From assembly GCA_965277805.1 (NCBI GenBank), contig OZ255842.1, forward strand, positions 448,001 to 512,000: a stretch of 64,000 nt of DNA, in the 5' to 3' direction. Made by a program: the position numbers and the translations under genes. This document shows, one piece after another, positions 37,426 to 46,177 of this stretch. The notes below the pieces were generated by a model that saw nothing but the letters and a program-made list of their open reading frames with translations, ran no database searches and was not told the origin of the DNA. Source of the stretch: Candidatus Lustribacter sp. (GTDB taxonomy: Bacteria > Vulcanimicrobiota > Vulcanimicrobiia > Vulcanimicrobiales > Vulcanimicrobiaceae). The number at the start of each line of letters is the position of its first letter. Within the stretch, counting starts at the first letter, position 1.

Positions 37426-39776
37426 GAGAAACCGTCCGGCCGGCCCTGCCCAAACTGCGCGAGGTGTCGCGCTCGGTGCCGCGGCTCGAAGGCGTGCAGA
37501 AGGTCACCGGCGCGATTGAATACATCCATCATCTGCGGCTGCCCGGCATGCTCTATGGCAAGATCGTGCGCAGCACGGTTGCGCACGCGAAGATCGTTGC
37601 GATCGACGCGGCCGAGGCGCGCGCGCTGCCCGGCGTCCATGCCGTGATCACCGGCGAAGACGTGCTGAAAATCGTGCCGTCGCCGTACTACGGGCCGGCG
37701 TTCCACGATCAGCCGGTGCTCGCCATCGGCAAAGTGCACCACGTCGGCGAACCGGTTGCGGTCGTGCTCGCGACCGACCCGCACGTCGCCGAAGACGGCG
37801 CCGATCTGGTGGTCGTCGAGTACGACGAACTCGAGCCCGTGTTCGACGAAGTGAAAGCTGCGCAGCCCGGCGCGCCGATCGTGCATGACGAGCTGCAGCC
37901 GGCCGGCACCTTTGCCGACCTCAAGCACCTCAAGGGGAAGAAGGACACCAACATCGCGCTCGACGCCCAGGTGCGTCACGGTGACGTCGCGCGCGGCTTC
38001 GCGCTGGCGGATCACATCTTCGAGGACACGTTCAAGTCGGGCCAGGTGATGCACACGCCGCTCGAACCGTTCGTCTCGGTCGCCGAAACGCGCAGCGGCA
38101 AAGAGCTGACGATCCACACCGCCTCACAGAGCCCGTCGTTCGTGCGCATGGAAGTCGCGCGTCTGCTCGGCTGGCCCGAGAACAAAGTGCGCGTGCGCGC
38201 GGCGTTCCTCGGCGGCGGCTTCGGGGCCAAGCTCTACATCAAGCTCGAAGCGCTGGTGGCGGTGCTGGCCCTGATCGTGCGCCGTCCGGTACGCATCGCG
38301 CTCACGATGGAAGAGCAGTTCTACACGATCACCAAACACGGCACGACCGTGCACATGAAAACCGGCGTCATGAACGACGGCACGATCGTCGCGCGCGAGG
38401 TGGAGACGTGGTGGAACGGCGGCGCGTTCGCCGACATCGGTCCGCGCGTGACGCAGAAGTCCGGTTTCACCGCTGCCGGCCCCTACGACATCGAACACGT
38501 CTCGCTCGATTCGTATGCCGTGTATACGAACTTGCCGCCGGCCGGCGCGTTTCGCGGCTTCGGGATCCCGCAGCTCGTGTGGGCGTATGAGAGTCAGGCC
38601 GACATCATCGCGAGCAAGCTCGGCATGGATCCGGTGGAGTTCCGGCTGAAAAACGTGCTGCGCGACGGCGACGAACACGCCACCGGTACGGTGATGTCCA
38701 ACGCCGGCGTGGCGGAGTGCGTCGAGAGCGCGGCGCGCATGATCGGCTGGAATCAGCCGTTCGATCGCGGCAGCGGTGCGATTCGCCGCGGCCGCGGCAT
38801 TGCGGTCGGCATCAAGGCGTCGATCTCGCCGACCACGTCGGTCGCGCTCGTGACTGTTGCCGCCGACGGCAGCTGTACGCTAGCGATTTCGACCGTCGAC
38901 ATGGGGCAAGGCTCCGACACGGCGATGGCGCAGGTCGCCGCCGAAACGCTCGGCATTCGCACCGAGTCGGTCACGGTCGTGCATTCCGACACCGACACCA
39001 CGCCGTACGATATGGCGACGCTCGGTTCGCGTTCCACCTATCACATGGGCCACGCGGTGCGGCTCGCCGCCGACGATGCGCGCAACCAGCTGCTCGCGCT
39101 CGCGGCGACCTACCTCGACGTGCCGCCCGAGACGTGCGTCTGCGAAGACGGCGTGATCTCGACCAGCACCGGCAAATCGATGACGTTCAAGGAGCTCTTC
39201 GTCGCGCGCTTCGGCATGCAGGCGGGCAACGTCGTCGGCACCGGTTCGTTCGAACCGCCATACGCTAAGCCCGACATGACGACCGGCCAGTCGAGCAACG
39301 TCACGCCGTTCTGGATGATCGGCGCGACGGCGGTCGAGATCACGGTCGATACCGAAACCGGCCGCATCACGGTCGACAAGTGCGTAACTGCCGGTGACGT
39401 CGGACGCGCGATCAATCCCGCGATCGTCGAGCGTCAGCTCAATAGCGCGGCGATCATGGCGATCGGTTCGTCGATCGCCGAGGTGATGATCTTCGAAAAC
39501 GGTCAGGTCGTGAACGCGAGCCTCGCCGACTACAAGATCCCGAGCTTTCTCGATATTCCGGTGCACGTCGAAGCCGACTTGATCCAAGATCCGCATCCTA
39601 GCGCACCGTACGGCGCGAAAGGCGTCGGCGAATCCGGTTCGTTCGGACCGACGCCGGCGATCGCCAACGCCCTCGCCGACGCGACCGGCGTGCGCATCCG
39701 CGAGATGCCGCTGTTGCCTGAGCGCGTGCTGCGCGCGATTCACGAAGCGGCGGGCACGCCGTTGGGGAGCGAATAG
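37422..39776 (+). CDS. Xanthine dehydrogenase family molybdopterin-binding subunit
   Basis: 'LGGGFGAK', 'GAFRGFG', 'DMGQG', 'GSRST', 'GAKGVGE'. Confidence 0.94.
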   Translation: MRETVRPALPKLREVSRSVPRLEGVQKVTGAIEYIHHLRLPGMLYGKIVRSTVAHAKIVAIDAAEARALPGVHAVITGEDVLKIVPSPYYGPAFHDQPVLAIGKVHHVGEPVAVVLATDPHVAEDGADLVVVEYDELEPVFDEVKAAQPGAPIVHDELQPAGTFADLKHLKGKKDTNIALDAQVRHGDVARGFALADHIFEDTFKSGQVMHTPLEPFVSVAETRSGKELTIHTASQSPSFVRMEVARLLGWPENKVRVRAAFLGGGFGAKLYIKLEALVAVLALIVRRPVRIALTMEEQFYTITKHGTTVHMKTGVMNDGTIVAREVETWWNGGAFADIGPRVTQKSGFTAAGPYDIEHVSLDSYAVYTNLPPAGAFRGFGIPQLVWAYESQADIIASKLGMDPVEFRLKNVLRDGDEHATGTVMSNAGVAECVESAARMIGWNQPFDRGSGAIRRGRGIAVGIKASISPTTSVALVTVAADGSCTLAISTVDMGQGSDTAMAQVAAETLGIRTESVTVVHSDTDTTPYDMATLGSRSTYHMGHAVRLAADDARNQLLALAATYLDVPPETCVCEDGVISTSTGKSMTFKELFVARFGMQAGNVVGTGSFEPPYAKPDMTTGQSSNVTPFWMIGATAVEITVDTETGRITVDKCVTAGDVGRAINPAIVERQLNSAAIMAIGSSIAEVMIFENGQVVNASLADYKIPSFLDIPVHVEADLIQDPHPSAPYGAKGVGESGSFGPTPAIANALADATGVRIREMPLLPERVLRAIHEAAGTPLGSE

Positions 39777-40264
39777 TGGACGGCCGCAAGACGATCCATT
39801 TCACGCTCAACGGGCGGCCGGCCGAAGCCGACGTCGCCCCGCATGAGAACCTGATCGAAGTGCTGCAACGCGATGAGTTCGGTTTGCACGGCGCTCGCGT
39901 CAGTTGCGGTCAGGGCTTATGCGGCTGCTGCACCGTGGCGATCGACGGCGTCGCGACCTCGGGCTGTTTGTTCCTCGCGCCGTTCGCCGATGGAACCACG
40001 ATCGAAACGGTCGAGAGCCTCGCGAACGGCGAGACGCTCAACCCGATCCAGACCGCGTTCATCGAGAACGCGGCGTTTCAGTGCGGTTTTTGCACGCCGG
40101 GCTTCATCATGATGACGCGCGAGCTGCTCGATCGCATTCCCGACCCCAGCGACGACGAGATCCGGCACTATCTGTCCGGGAATTTATGCCGCTGTGCTGC
40201 CTATCCCGAGATCCTCAATGCCGTGCGCGCCGCCGCGCGCGCGCGCGCCGCCACGAAAGCCTGA
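39776..40264 (+). CDS. Mo-hydroxylase 2x[2Fe-2S] subunit
   Basis: SCGQGLCGCC, QCGFCTPG, GNLCRCAAY. Confidence 0.93.
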   Translation: MDGRKTIHFTLNGRPAEADVAPHENLIEVLQRDEFGLHGARVSCGQGLCGCCTVAIDGVATSGCLFLAPFADGTTIETVESLANGETLNPIQTAFIENAAFQCGFCTPGFIMMTRELLDRIPDPSDDEIRHYLSGNLCRCAAYPEILNAVRAAARARAATKA

Positions 40265-40266
40265 CT

Positions 40267-41649
40267 GTGCCGTACGCCGACTTCCGCGCATTCCTCGACG
40301 CCCTGCGAGCCGAGGGCGAGCTGATCGACATCGAACGGCCGGTGGAGCTGTATCTCGAAATCGGCAAGGCGCTGCGGCAAACGGCGGCGATCGGCGGACC
40401 GGCGCTCAACTTCAAAAACAACGGCACGGCCTTTCCGCTCGTCGGCGGTTTGTACAACACGCGCTCCAAAGCGCTGCTCGCGTTCGAGTCGACTGAGGCG
40501 GCGGTGTTCGAGAAAATTCTCAGCGGTCTGGCGAACCCGATCGCCCCGGTGATGACGAGCGGCAAAGCCCCGGCGCACGACGTCGTGCTCACCGGTGCCG
40601 GCGCCGATCTCACGAAGCTGCCGATTCCGACCTACAGCCCCGACGACGGCGGCCCGTTCATTACCCCCGGCATCGTGGTGAGCCGCGATCCCGAAACCGG
40701 CGTTCCCGATCTCGGGCACTATCGCTTTCAGATCATGAACGCGGGAGAGATGTCGTTTCTCGCGCAGCCGTTCCATCGTTTCGGTAAGCACATCGTCAAG
40801 GCGCGCAAGATGGGCATGACGCGCTATCCGGCGGCCGTCGTGTTCGGCGTCGATCCGATCCTTGCGTACACGTGCACGATTCAAGTACCCGACGGCACGA
40901 ACGACTACGAGATCGCCGGCGGCTTGCGCGGCGCGCCGGTCGAGCTCGTGCACGGACGCACGGTCGACCTCGACGTGCCGGCGCACAGCGAGATCGTCAT
41001 CGAGTTCGAGGTCGACCTCGCCAAAGACGTGCTGGAGGGCCCGCTCGGCGAATACACCGGCTACTACACGCCCTCGTCGATGAAGCCGCTCGCGCGCGTC
41101 ACGGCGATCACGCATCGCACCGGCGCGTACTGCCAGGCCCTGCTGACCGGCATTCCGCCGACCGAGAACCACATCCTCAAGCAGCTGCCGTTCGAAGCGT
41201 CGTTTTTCCAGATGATGAAGAAGTCGTTCCCGACGCTGCACAGCGTGTCGATCCCGCCGTCGGGCGGCGTCTCGTTCTCGATCGTGATGTCGCTCGCGCA
41301 GCGCTATGCCGGCGAAGCGCGTCATGCGATCTTGGCCGCGATGTCGACCAATCTGCGGCCGAAGATCGTGACCGTCGTCGACCCCGACATCAACGTCCAG
41401 AGTTCGGCCGAAGTCGAGTGGGCGGTGGCCTTTCGCGTGCAGCCGCGGCGCGACGTGATCATCGTCGACGATCTGCCCGCCGGACCGCTCGATCCGTCGG
41501 TCGACGACTCGGTGCCGCTCGAAGCCCGCACCGGATCGGCCATCGGCATCGATGCGACTCGGCCATTCGGCCAAGAATTTCAAAAGGTCGCCGACGTTCC
41601 GGGCTGGCAAGAGTACGACTTTCCCGAACTTCGCGCTCGTCACACCTAA
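40267..41649 (+). CDS. UbiD family prFMN-dependent decarboxylase
   Basis: 'DFRAFLDAL', 'DGGPFIT', 'VPAHSEIVIE', 'EGPLGEYTGY', 'GIDATRP'. Confidence 0.92.
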   Translation: MPYADFRAFLDALRAEGELIDIERPVELYLEIGKALRQTAAIGGPALNFKNNGTAFPLVGGLYNTRSKALLAFESTEAAVFEKILSGLANPIAPVMTSGKAPAHDVVLTGAGADLTKLPIPTYSPDDGGPFITPGIVVSRDPETGVPDLGHYRFQIMNAGEMSFLAQPFHRFGKHIVKARKMGMTRYPAAVVFGVDPILAYTCTIQVPDGTNDYEIAGGLRGAPVELVHGRTVDLDVPAHSEIVIEFEVDLAKDVLEGPLGEYTGYYTPSSMKPLARVTAITHRTGAYCQALLTGIPPTENHILKQLPFEASFFQMMKKSFPTLHSVSIPPSGGVSFSIVMSLAQRYAGEARHAILAAMSTNLRPKIVTVVDPDINVQSSAEVEWAVAFRVQPRRDVIIVDDLPAGPLDPSVDDSVPLEARTGSAIGIDATRPFGQEFQKVADVPGWQEYDFPELRARHT

Positions 41650-41659
41650 GGAGGATCTT

Positions 41660-42631
41660 ATGCCGATCTCGTCTCGTCGCGCATTCCTGGCCCGGTCCGC
41701 CGCCGCAGGCGCGGCAGCCGCGGCCTTCGGACCGCGGGCGGTTTCGGCACAATCCTCGCTCACGCTGAACATCGCGGCGATCCCGAGCGACATCGCGGGC
41801 AGCGCCTACTACGCCGCCGACAACGGCTTCTTCAAGAAGGCCGGCTTGGATGCGCAGTTTCTCGGTATCGCGAACGGCGCCGCGATCACGGCGGCGGTGC
41901 TCGGCGGTTCGGCCGACATCGGCTATTCGAACGTGATCTCGCTCGCGGCCGCGCATTCGAAGGGCCTGCCGATCACGATCTTGTTCCCGGCGAACCTGCA
42001 CGTGCACGAAGCGCCGACGGCCGGACTGCTGTCGGTGCTGAAGTCATCCCCGGTCACGAGCGCTAAGGATTTTGCCGGGAAAGTCATGGCGGTCAGCGGC
42101 ATCAACAACATCGCCGATCTCGCGCCGCGTCTGTGGATCGATAAGAACGGCGGCGATTCGAAGGCCGTGAAATCGGTGGAACTGCCGTTTTCCGAAATGA
42201 AGGCAGCGGTTGAGGCGGGCCGCATCGATGCGGCCGTGTGCGACACGACGAGCGATGCGGCGCTCGGCAAACCGGGCGACACGCTGCGCTTGATCGCGAG
42301 CACGTTCGATGCGGTATCGCCGCACTTCGCACCGTCGGTATGGTTTTCGACGACGGACTGGGTCAGCAAACACCCCGCGCAAGCCAAAGCGTTCATCGAG
42401 GGCATGCGGGAATCGGCGGCCTGGGCCGCCACGCACCATCGCGAATCGGCCGTCATTCTCTCGAAATACACGCACGTTACGCCCGAACAGATCAACGGGT
42501 TCCAGCGCACCACCTACGGCGAGCATCTCACGCCCGAACTCATTCAACCGAACATCGACGTCGCGGTGAAGTACGGCGTCCTCAAGACGTCGTTCCCGGT
42601 CTCCGAGATGATCTCGACCTTGGCGGGCTGA
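41660..42631 (+). CDS. SsuA/NMT1-like substrate-binding protein with Tat-type signal
   Basis: 'SRRAFL', 'GFFKKAGLD', 'GGSADIG'. Confidence 0.88.
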   Translation: MPISSRRAFLARSAAAGAAAAAFGPRAVSAQSSLTLNIAAIPSDIAGSAYYAADNGFFKKAGLDAQFLGIANGAAITAAVLGGSADIGYSNVISLAAAHSKGLPITILFPANLHVHEAPTAGLLSVLKSSPVTSAKDFAGKVMAVSGINNIADLAPRLWIDKNGGDSKAVKSVELPFSEMKAAVEAGRIDAAVCDTTSDAALGKPGDTLRLIASTFDAVSPHFAPSVWFSTTDWVSKHPAQAKAFIEGMRESAAWAATHHRESAVILSKYTHVTPEQINGFQRTTYGEHLTPELIQPNIDVAVKYGVLKTSFPVSEMISTLAG

Positions 42632-42728
42632 CGCAACAAATCTAGCCCAACGTACGCTCCCTTGGGCCGACGTTTCGCTCGCTTAATCGGCGGGCAACAC
42701 GTAGAAAATCCTATTGTTGGGGGGAGCT

Positions 42729-43316
42729 ATGAAAACGGAACACGAGCTCTACTCGCGGCCCGAAACGTGGGTTGCGTGGGGGGTTAATTGGAGCGCGGTT
42801 TGGGTCGGTGCGCTGGCAGCACTCACCTTCGCGCTGATCTTCGGATTGATCGGCACCGCCATCGGCGCGACGTCGGTCCAGAAATTCTCATCATTCACGA
42901 CGGTCTCGCGCATCGAAGTTGCGATGGTCATCTGTTCGGCGTTCTTCGCCTTCGTGATCGGCGGCTGGGCGGCCGGTAAAATCACCGGTGCCCGGCATTC
43001 GGAACGCACAATCTTGCACGGCGCGATCGCGTGGCTCGTCGCCACGCCCATGCTCGTAGCGATGCTCGCCGCGGGCGCGGGCAACGCGTTCGGCGGCTGG
43101 TACGGCGGCCTCGTCGTCTCGCCGTTCGGCGCTGCCGTCGCTGCCCCGGTGTCGACACCCGATGCGGTGCGTGCCACCGCGCTTTCCGCGCTCACCGCGC
43201 TACTCGTCGGATTGGTCGGCAGCGTCATCGGCGGCTGGATGGCCTCGGGTGAGCCCATGACCTTCACACACCACGCCAAACGCAACGCACACCTTGCGTC
43301 ACTGAAAGGAAACTAA
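42729..43316 (+). CDS. Hypothetical multi-TM membrane protein
   Basis: 'VNWSAVWVG', 'FVIGGWAAG', 'LHGAIAW'; about 4 TM; GGGGAG RBS. Confidence 0.8.
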   Translation: MKTEHELYSRPETWVAWGVNWSAVWVGALAALTFALIFGLIGTAIGATSVQKFSSFTTVSRIEVAMVICSAFFAFVIGGWAAGKITGARHSERTILHGAIAWLVATPMLVAMLAAGAGNAFGGWYGGLVVSPFGAAVAAPVSTPDAVRATALSALTALLVGLVGSVIGGWMASGEPMTFTHHAKRNAHLASLKGN

Positions 43317-43319
43317 GAC

Positions 43320-43400
43320 ATGCCGTTGATCATTCTGTGGCTGCTCGGAGCGCCGCTCGGACTCCTCATCATCCTCTTTATCCTCGGCATCGGCCGGTAG
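43320..43400 (+). CDS. 26-aa hydrophobic micro-protein
   Basis: MPLIILWLLGAPLGLLIILFILGIGR; AAAGGA RBS at 43305-43310. Confidence 0.7.
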   Translation: MPLIILWLLGAPLGLLIILFILGIGR

Positions 43401-43417
43401 GATTCGCTAGCGCCGAT

Positions 43418-43430
43418 AATTGAAGCGCAC
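43418..43430 (+). promoter_or_regulatory. Putative Ada box
   Basis: AAT-tgaagc-GCAC resembles AAT-N6-GCAA; 57-45 nt upstream of the ada ATG. Confidence 0.65.
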
Positions 43431-43474
43431 GATTCGGGTGGCGTCGAAGTAGCTGCTGCGAGCATCATGGGTTC

Positions 43475-44512
43475 ATGAACAGCAGTTACTACGACGCCCT
43501 CAGTCAGCGCGACCCGGCCTTCGACGGCGTTTTCTTGTACGCCGTCACCACCACGGGCGTCTTTTGCCGCCCCACCTGTAAGAGCCGCCGCCCGCTCGAA
43601 CGCAACGTCCGCTTCTTTGCGGATCCCGCGGCCGCGCGGGCAGCCGGTTTCCGGGCCTGCAAGCGCTGCCGTCCCGACGAGGCCACCTCCGATGCGCAGC
43701 CCGAATGGCTCGCGCAGGCGTGCCGCTTCTTGGAAGACGCCGAAGTTGCGCCGACGCTCGACGAACTCGCCGCGCACGTCGGCGTCAGCCGCGCGCACCT
43801 GCAGCGCAGTTTCACGCGTGCCGTCGGCGTTTCGCCGAAACGTTACGCCGCAACGCTGCGCGAAGAACGTCTGCGTACGTCACTGCGCAGCGGTGCCACC
43901 GTGAGCGAGGCGACGTACGCAAGCGGCTTCGGTTCGGGTTCGCGCGTGTACGACCCAGCGACGGTGCGGATCGGCATGACGCCGGCGAGCTACCGTCGCG
44001 GTGCATCGGGCCAGACCGTTGCCTACGGCATCGTCGCCTCGGTGCTCGGACCGGTGCTGGTCGCCGCAACGGAGCGCGGCATCTGTCACGTTGCCCTTGG
44101 CGACGACGCAGCTGCGCTCGAACGCGAGCTGCGCGCGTCGTTTCCTAAAGCGAATTTGGAGCGGGCCGACGACCGCGTCGAATCCGCGGCGTCGGCCTTG
44201 GTGCGTTATCTCGCGAACGAAGGGCCATGGCCGCAGCTTCCGCTCGACGTGCGCGCGACCGCGTTCCAAGCGCGCGTGTGGGAAGCGTTGACGCGCCTCG
44301 CGCCCGGCGCCACCACAACGTATGGCGAACTTGCCGCAGCGCTGGGCGATCCGCACGCAACGCGCGCCGTGGCGCGCGCGTGTTCCAGCAATCCGGTCGC
44401 GCTCTTGATTCCCTGTCATCGCGTGGTCGCGAAGAACGGCGAGTTGCGCGGCTATCGTTGGGGCCTCGAGCGCAAGAGCCGTCTGCTCGACATCGAACGC
44501 AGCGCTTCGTGA
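43475..44512 (+). CDS. ada: Bifunctional Ada regulator / O6-methylguanine-DNA methyltransferase
   Basis: 'FCRPTC', 'GFRACKRC', AraC-type HTH, 'IPCHRV'. Confidence 0.95.
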   Translation: MNSSYYDALSQRDPAFDGVFLYAVTTTGVFCRPTCKSRRPLERNVRFFADPAAARAAGFRACKRCRPDEATSDAQPEWLAQACRFLEDAEVAPTLDELAAHVGVSRAHLQRSFTRAVGVSPKRYAATLREERLRTSLRSGATVSEATYASGFGSGSRVYDPATVRIGMTPASYRRGASGQTVAYGIVASVLGPVLVAATERGICHVALGDDAAALERELRASFPKANLERADDRVESAASALVRYLANEGPWPQLPLDVRATAFQARVWEALTRLAPGATTTYGELAAALGDPHATRAVARACSSNPVALLIPCHRVVAKNGELRGYRWGLERKSRLLDIERSAS

Positions 44513-45180
44513 TCGATCCGGATGAGATGACCGCGCGTCTCGACGAACGTGGGTACGCGGTCGTGCCCGCGCTGTTGGATGCTGCGACCTGTGCCGAGCT
44601 CGTCGCGGAATACGACGACGGCGCGCTCTTCCGCAACACGGTCGTCATGCAGCGGCACGGATACGGACGCGGCGAGTACCGCTACTTCGGCTATCCGCTG
44701 CCGCCGCGCGTGCAGAGCTTGCGCGAATCGCTCTACGCGGCGCTCGTACCGGCGGCCAATGCGTGGTCGGACCGGCTCGGGTCGAAGGTGCGGTTTCCGG
44801 CCGAACTTTCGCTGATGCTCGACCTGTGCCACGATGCCGGCCAAGTGCGCCCGACCGCGCTGCTGCTCCGCTATCACGCGGGCGACTATAACGCGCTGCA
44901 CCAGGACATCTACGGTGAGGTCGCGTTTCCGCTGCAGGCGACGATCCTGCTCAGCGATCCGGCGACCTTCAGCGGCGGCGAATTCGTGCTGGTCGAGGCC
45001 AAGCCGCGCAAGCAGAGCGTCGCGCACGTGGTGCCGCTCGGGCTCGGCGACTGCATCGTGTTTCCGAACCGCCTGCGTCCCAATGCCGAGGGCGCGCGTT
45101 CGACATTCCGGCACGGGGTTGCCGAAGTGCTCAGCGGCACGCGCGTCACGCTCGGCATCATCCTTCACGACGCCCAATAG
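44509..45180 (+). CDS. 2OG-Fe(II) oxygenase (DUF2086-like)
   Basis: 'GRGEYRYF', 'LHQD', 'GGEF', 'RHGV', 'RVTLGIILHDA'. Confidence 0.87.
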   Translation: MIDPDEMTARLDERGYAVVPALLDAATCAELVAEYDDGALFRNTVVMQRHGYGRGEYRYFGYPLPPRVQSLRESLYAALVPAANAWSDRLGSKVRFPAELSLMLDLCHDAGQVRPTALLLRYHAGDYNALHQDIYGEVAFPLQATILLSDPATFSGGEFVLVEAKPRKQSVAHVVPLGLGDCIVFPNRLRPNAEGARSTFRHGVAEVLSGTRVTLGIILHDAQ

Positions 45181-45214
45181 AGGCGCCCCAGCCGCTCGGG
45201 TCCAAGGGCCGCTT

Positions 45215-46165
45215 ATGACGTTGCGCCGTTCTTGTGCGTTGCTCGTCCTCGCTCTCTCGCTCGCGGTGCCGGCCGGTGCGCAGAGCGCGCCGCCGCTCGT
45301 GACGATTCGCGTTGCGTCCAATGCGGCCGACGACGTGACGCCGATCCTCTATGCCCAGAAGACGGGGATGTTTGCCAAAGCCGGGCTCGACGTTCAGCTC
45401 GAGAAGATGAACAGCGGCGCCGCGGTGACGGCTGCCGTCGTGGGCGGCTCGATCGACATCGGCAAGTCGAGCCTCATTCCGCTGATCAACGCGCACGTTC
45501 ACGGCGTGCCGCTCGCGATCGTGGCGCCGGGCGAACTCTGGCTGACCGATGCGCCGATTTCCGGGATGGTCGTCAAGAAAGATGGGCCGGTCACCTCGGC
45601 GCGCGACCTCAACGGCAAAACCGTGGCGGTCGTCGCGCTCGGCGATCTCACCCACACGGGCGCCCGTGCGTGGATCGATAAGAACGGCGGCGACTCGAAG
45701 TCGATTCACTACTTGGAGCTGCCCAGCGCTACCGTGCTGGCCGCCCTCAACGACGGCCGCATCGACGGGGCCAACGTAAGCAATCCGATGTTCGCCCAGA
45801 TCGTCGCCTCAGGCCAGGTGCGCGTCATCGGCCATCCGTCGGATGCGATCGCCAAGCACTTTCTCGTAACGGCGTTCTTTGCCACGACGGATTATGCGGC
45901 GAAGAATGCGCCGGCCATCGCCAAATTCCAGCAAGTGCTGCGCGCAGCGGCGACGTATACCAACGCTCACCATGCGGAGACGGCCCCGATGACCGCTGCG
46001 TTCTACGGCATGGACCCGGCGGTGCTCAACGGCATGAACCGTTCGACCGTCGGTATGACGCTCGACGTACGCGACATCCAGCCGCTGATCGATACGGCGG
46101 CGAAGTACGGCGTGATCGCCGCACCGTTCGATGCCCGCCAACTCATCGCGACCGAAGCTCACTAG
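45215..46165 (+). CDS. SsuA/NMT1-like substrate-binding protein
   Basis: Signal peptide, 'GMFAKAGLDV', 'GGSIDIG', 'DLNGKTVAV'. Confidence 0.88.
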   Translation: MTLRRSCALLVLALSLAVPAGAQSAPPLVTIRVASNAADDVTPILYAQKTGMFAKAGLDVQLEKMNSGAAVTAAVVGGSIDIGKSSLIPLINAHVHGVPLAIVAPGELWLTDAPISGMVVKKDGPVTSARDLNGKTVAVVALGDLTHTGARAWIDKNGGDSKSIHYLELPSATVLAALNDGRIDGANVSNPMFAQIVASGQVRVIGHPSDAIAKHFLVTAFFATTDYAAKNAPAIAKFQQVLRAAATYTNAHHAETAPMTAAFYGMDPAVLNGMNRSTVGMTLDVRDIQPLIDTAAKYGVIAAPFDARQLIATEAH

Positions 46166-46177
46166 GAGAACCTCGCC

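Noticed and set aside
37422-39776. CO dehydrogenase call for cluster 2
   Set aside because: Loop is AFRGFG, typical of xanthine dehydrogenase-type hydroxylases
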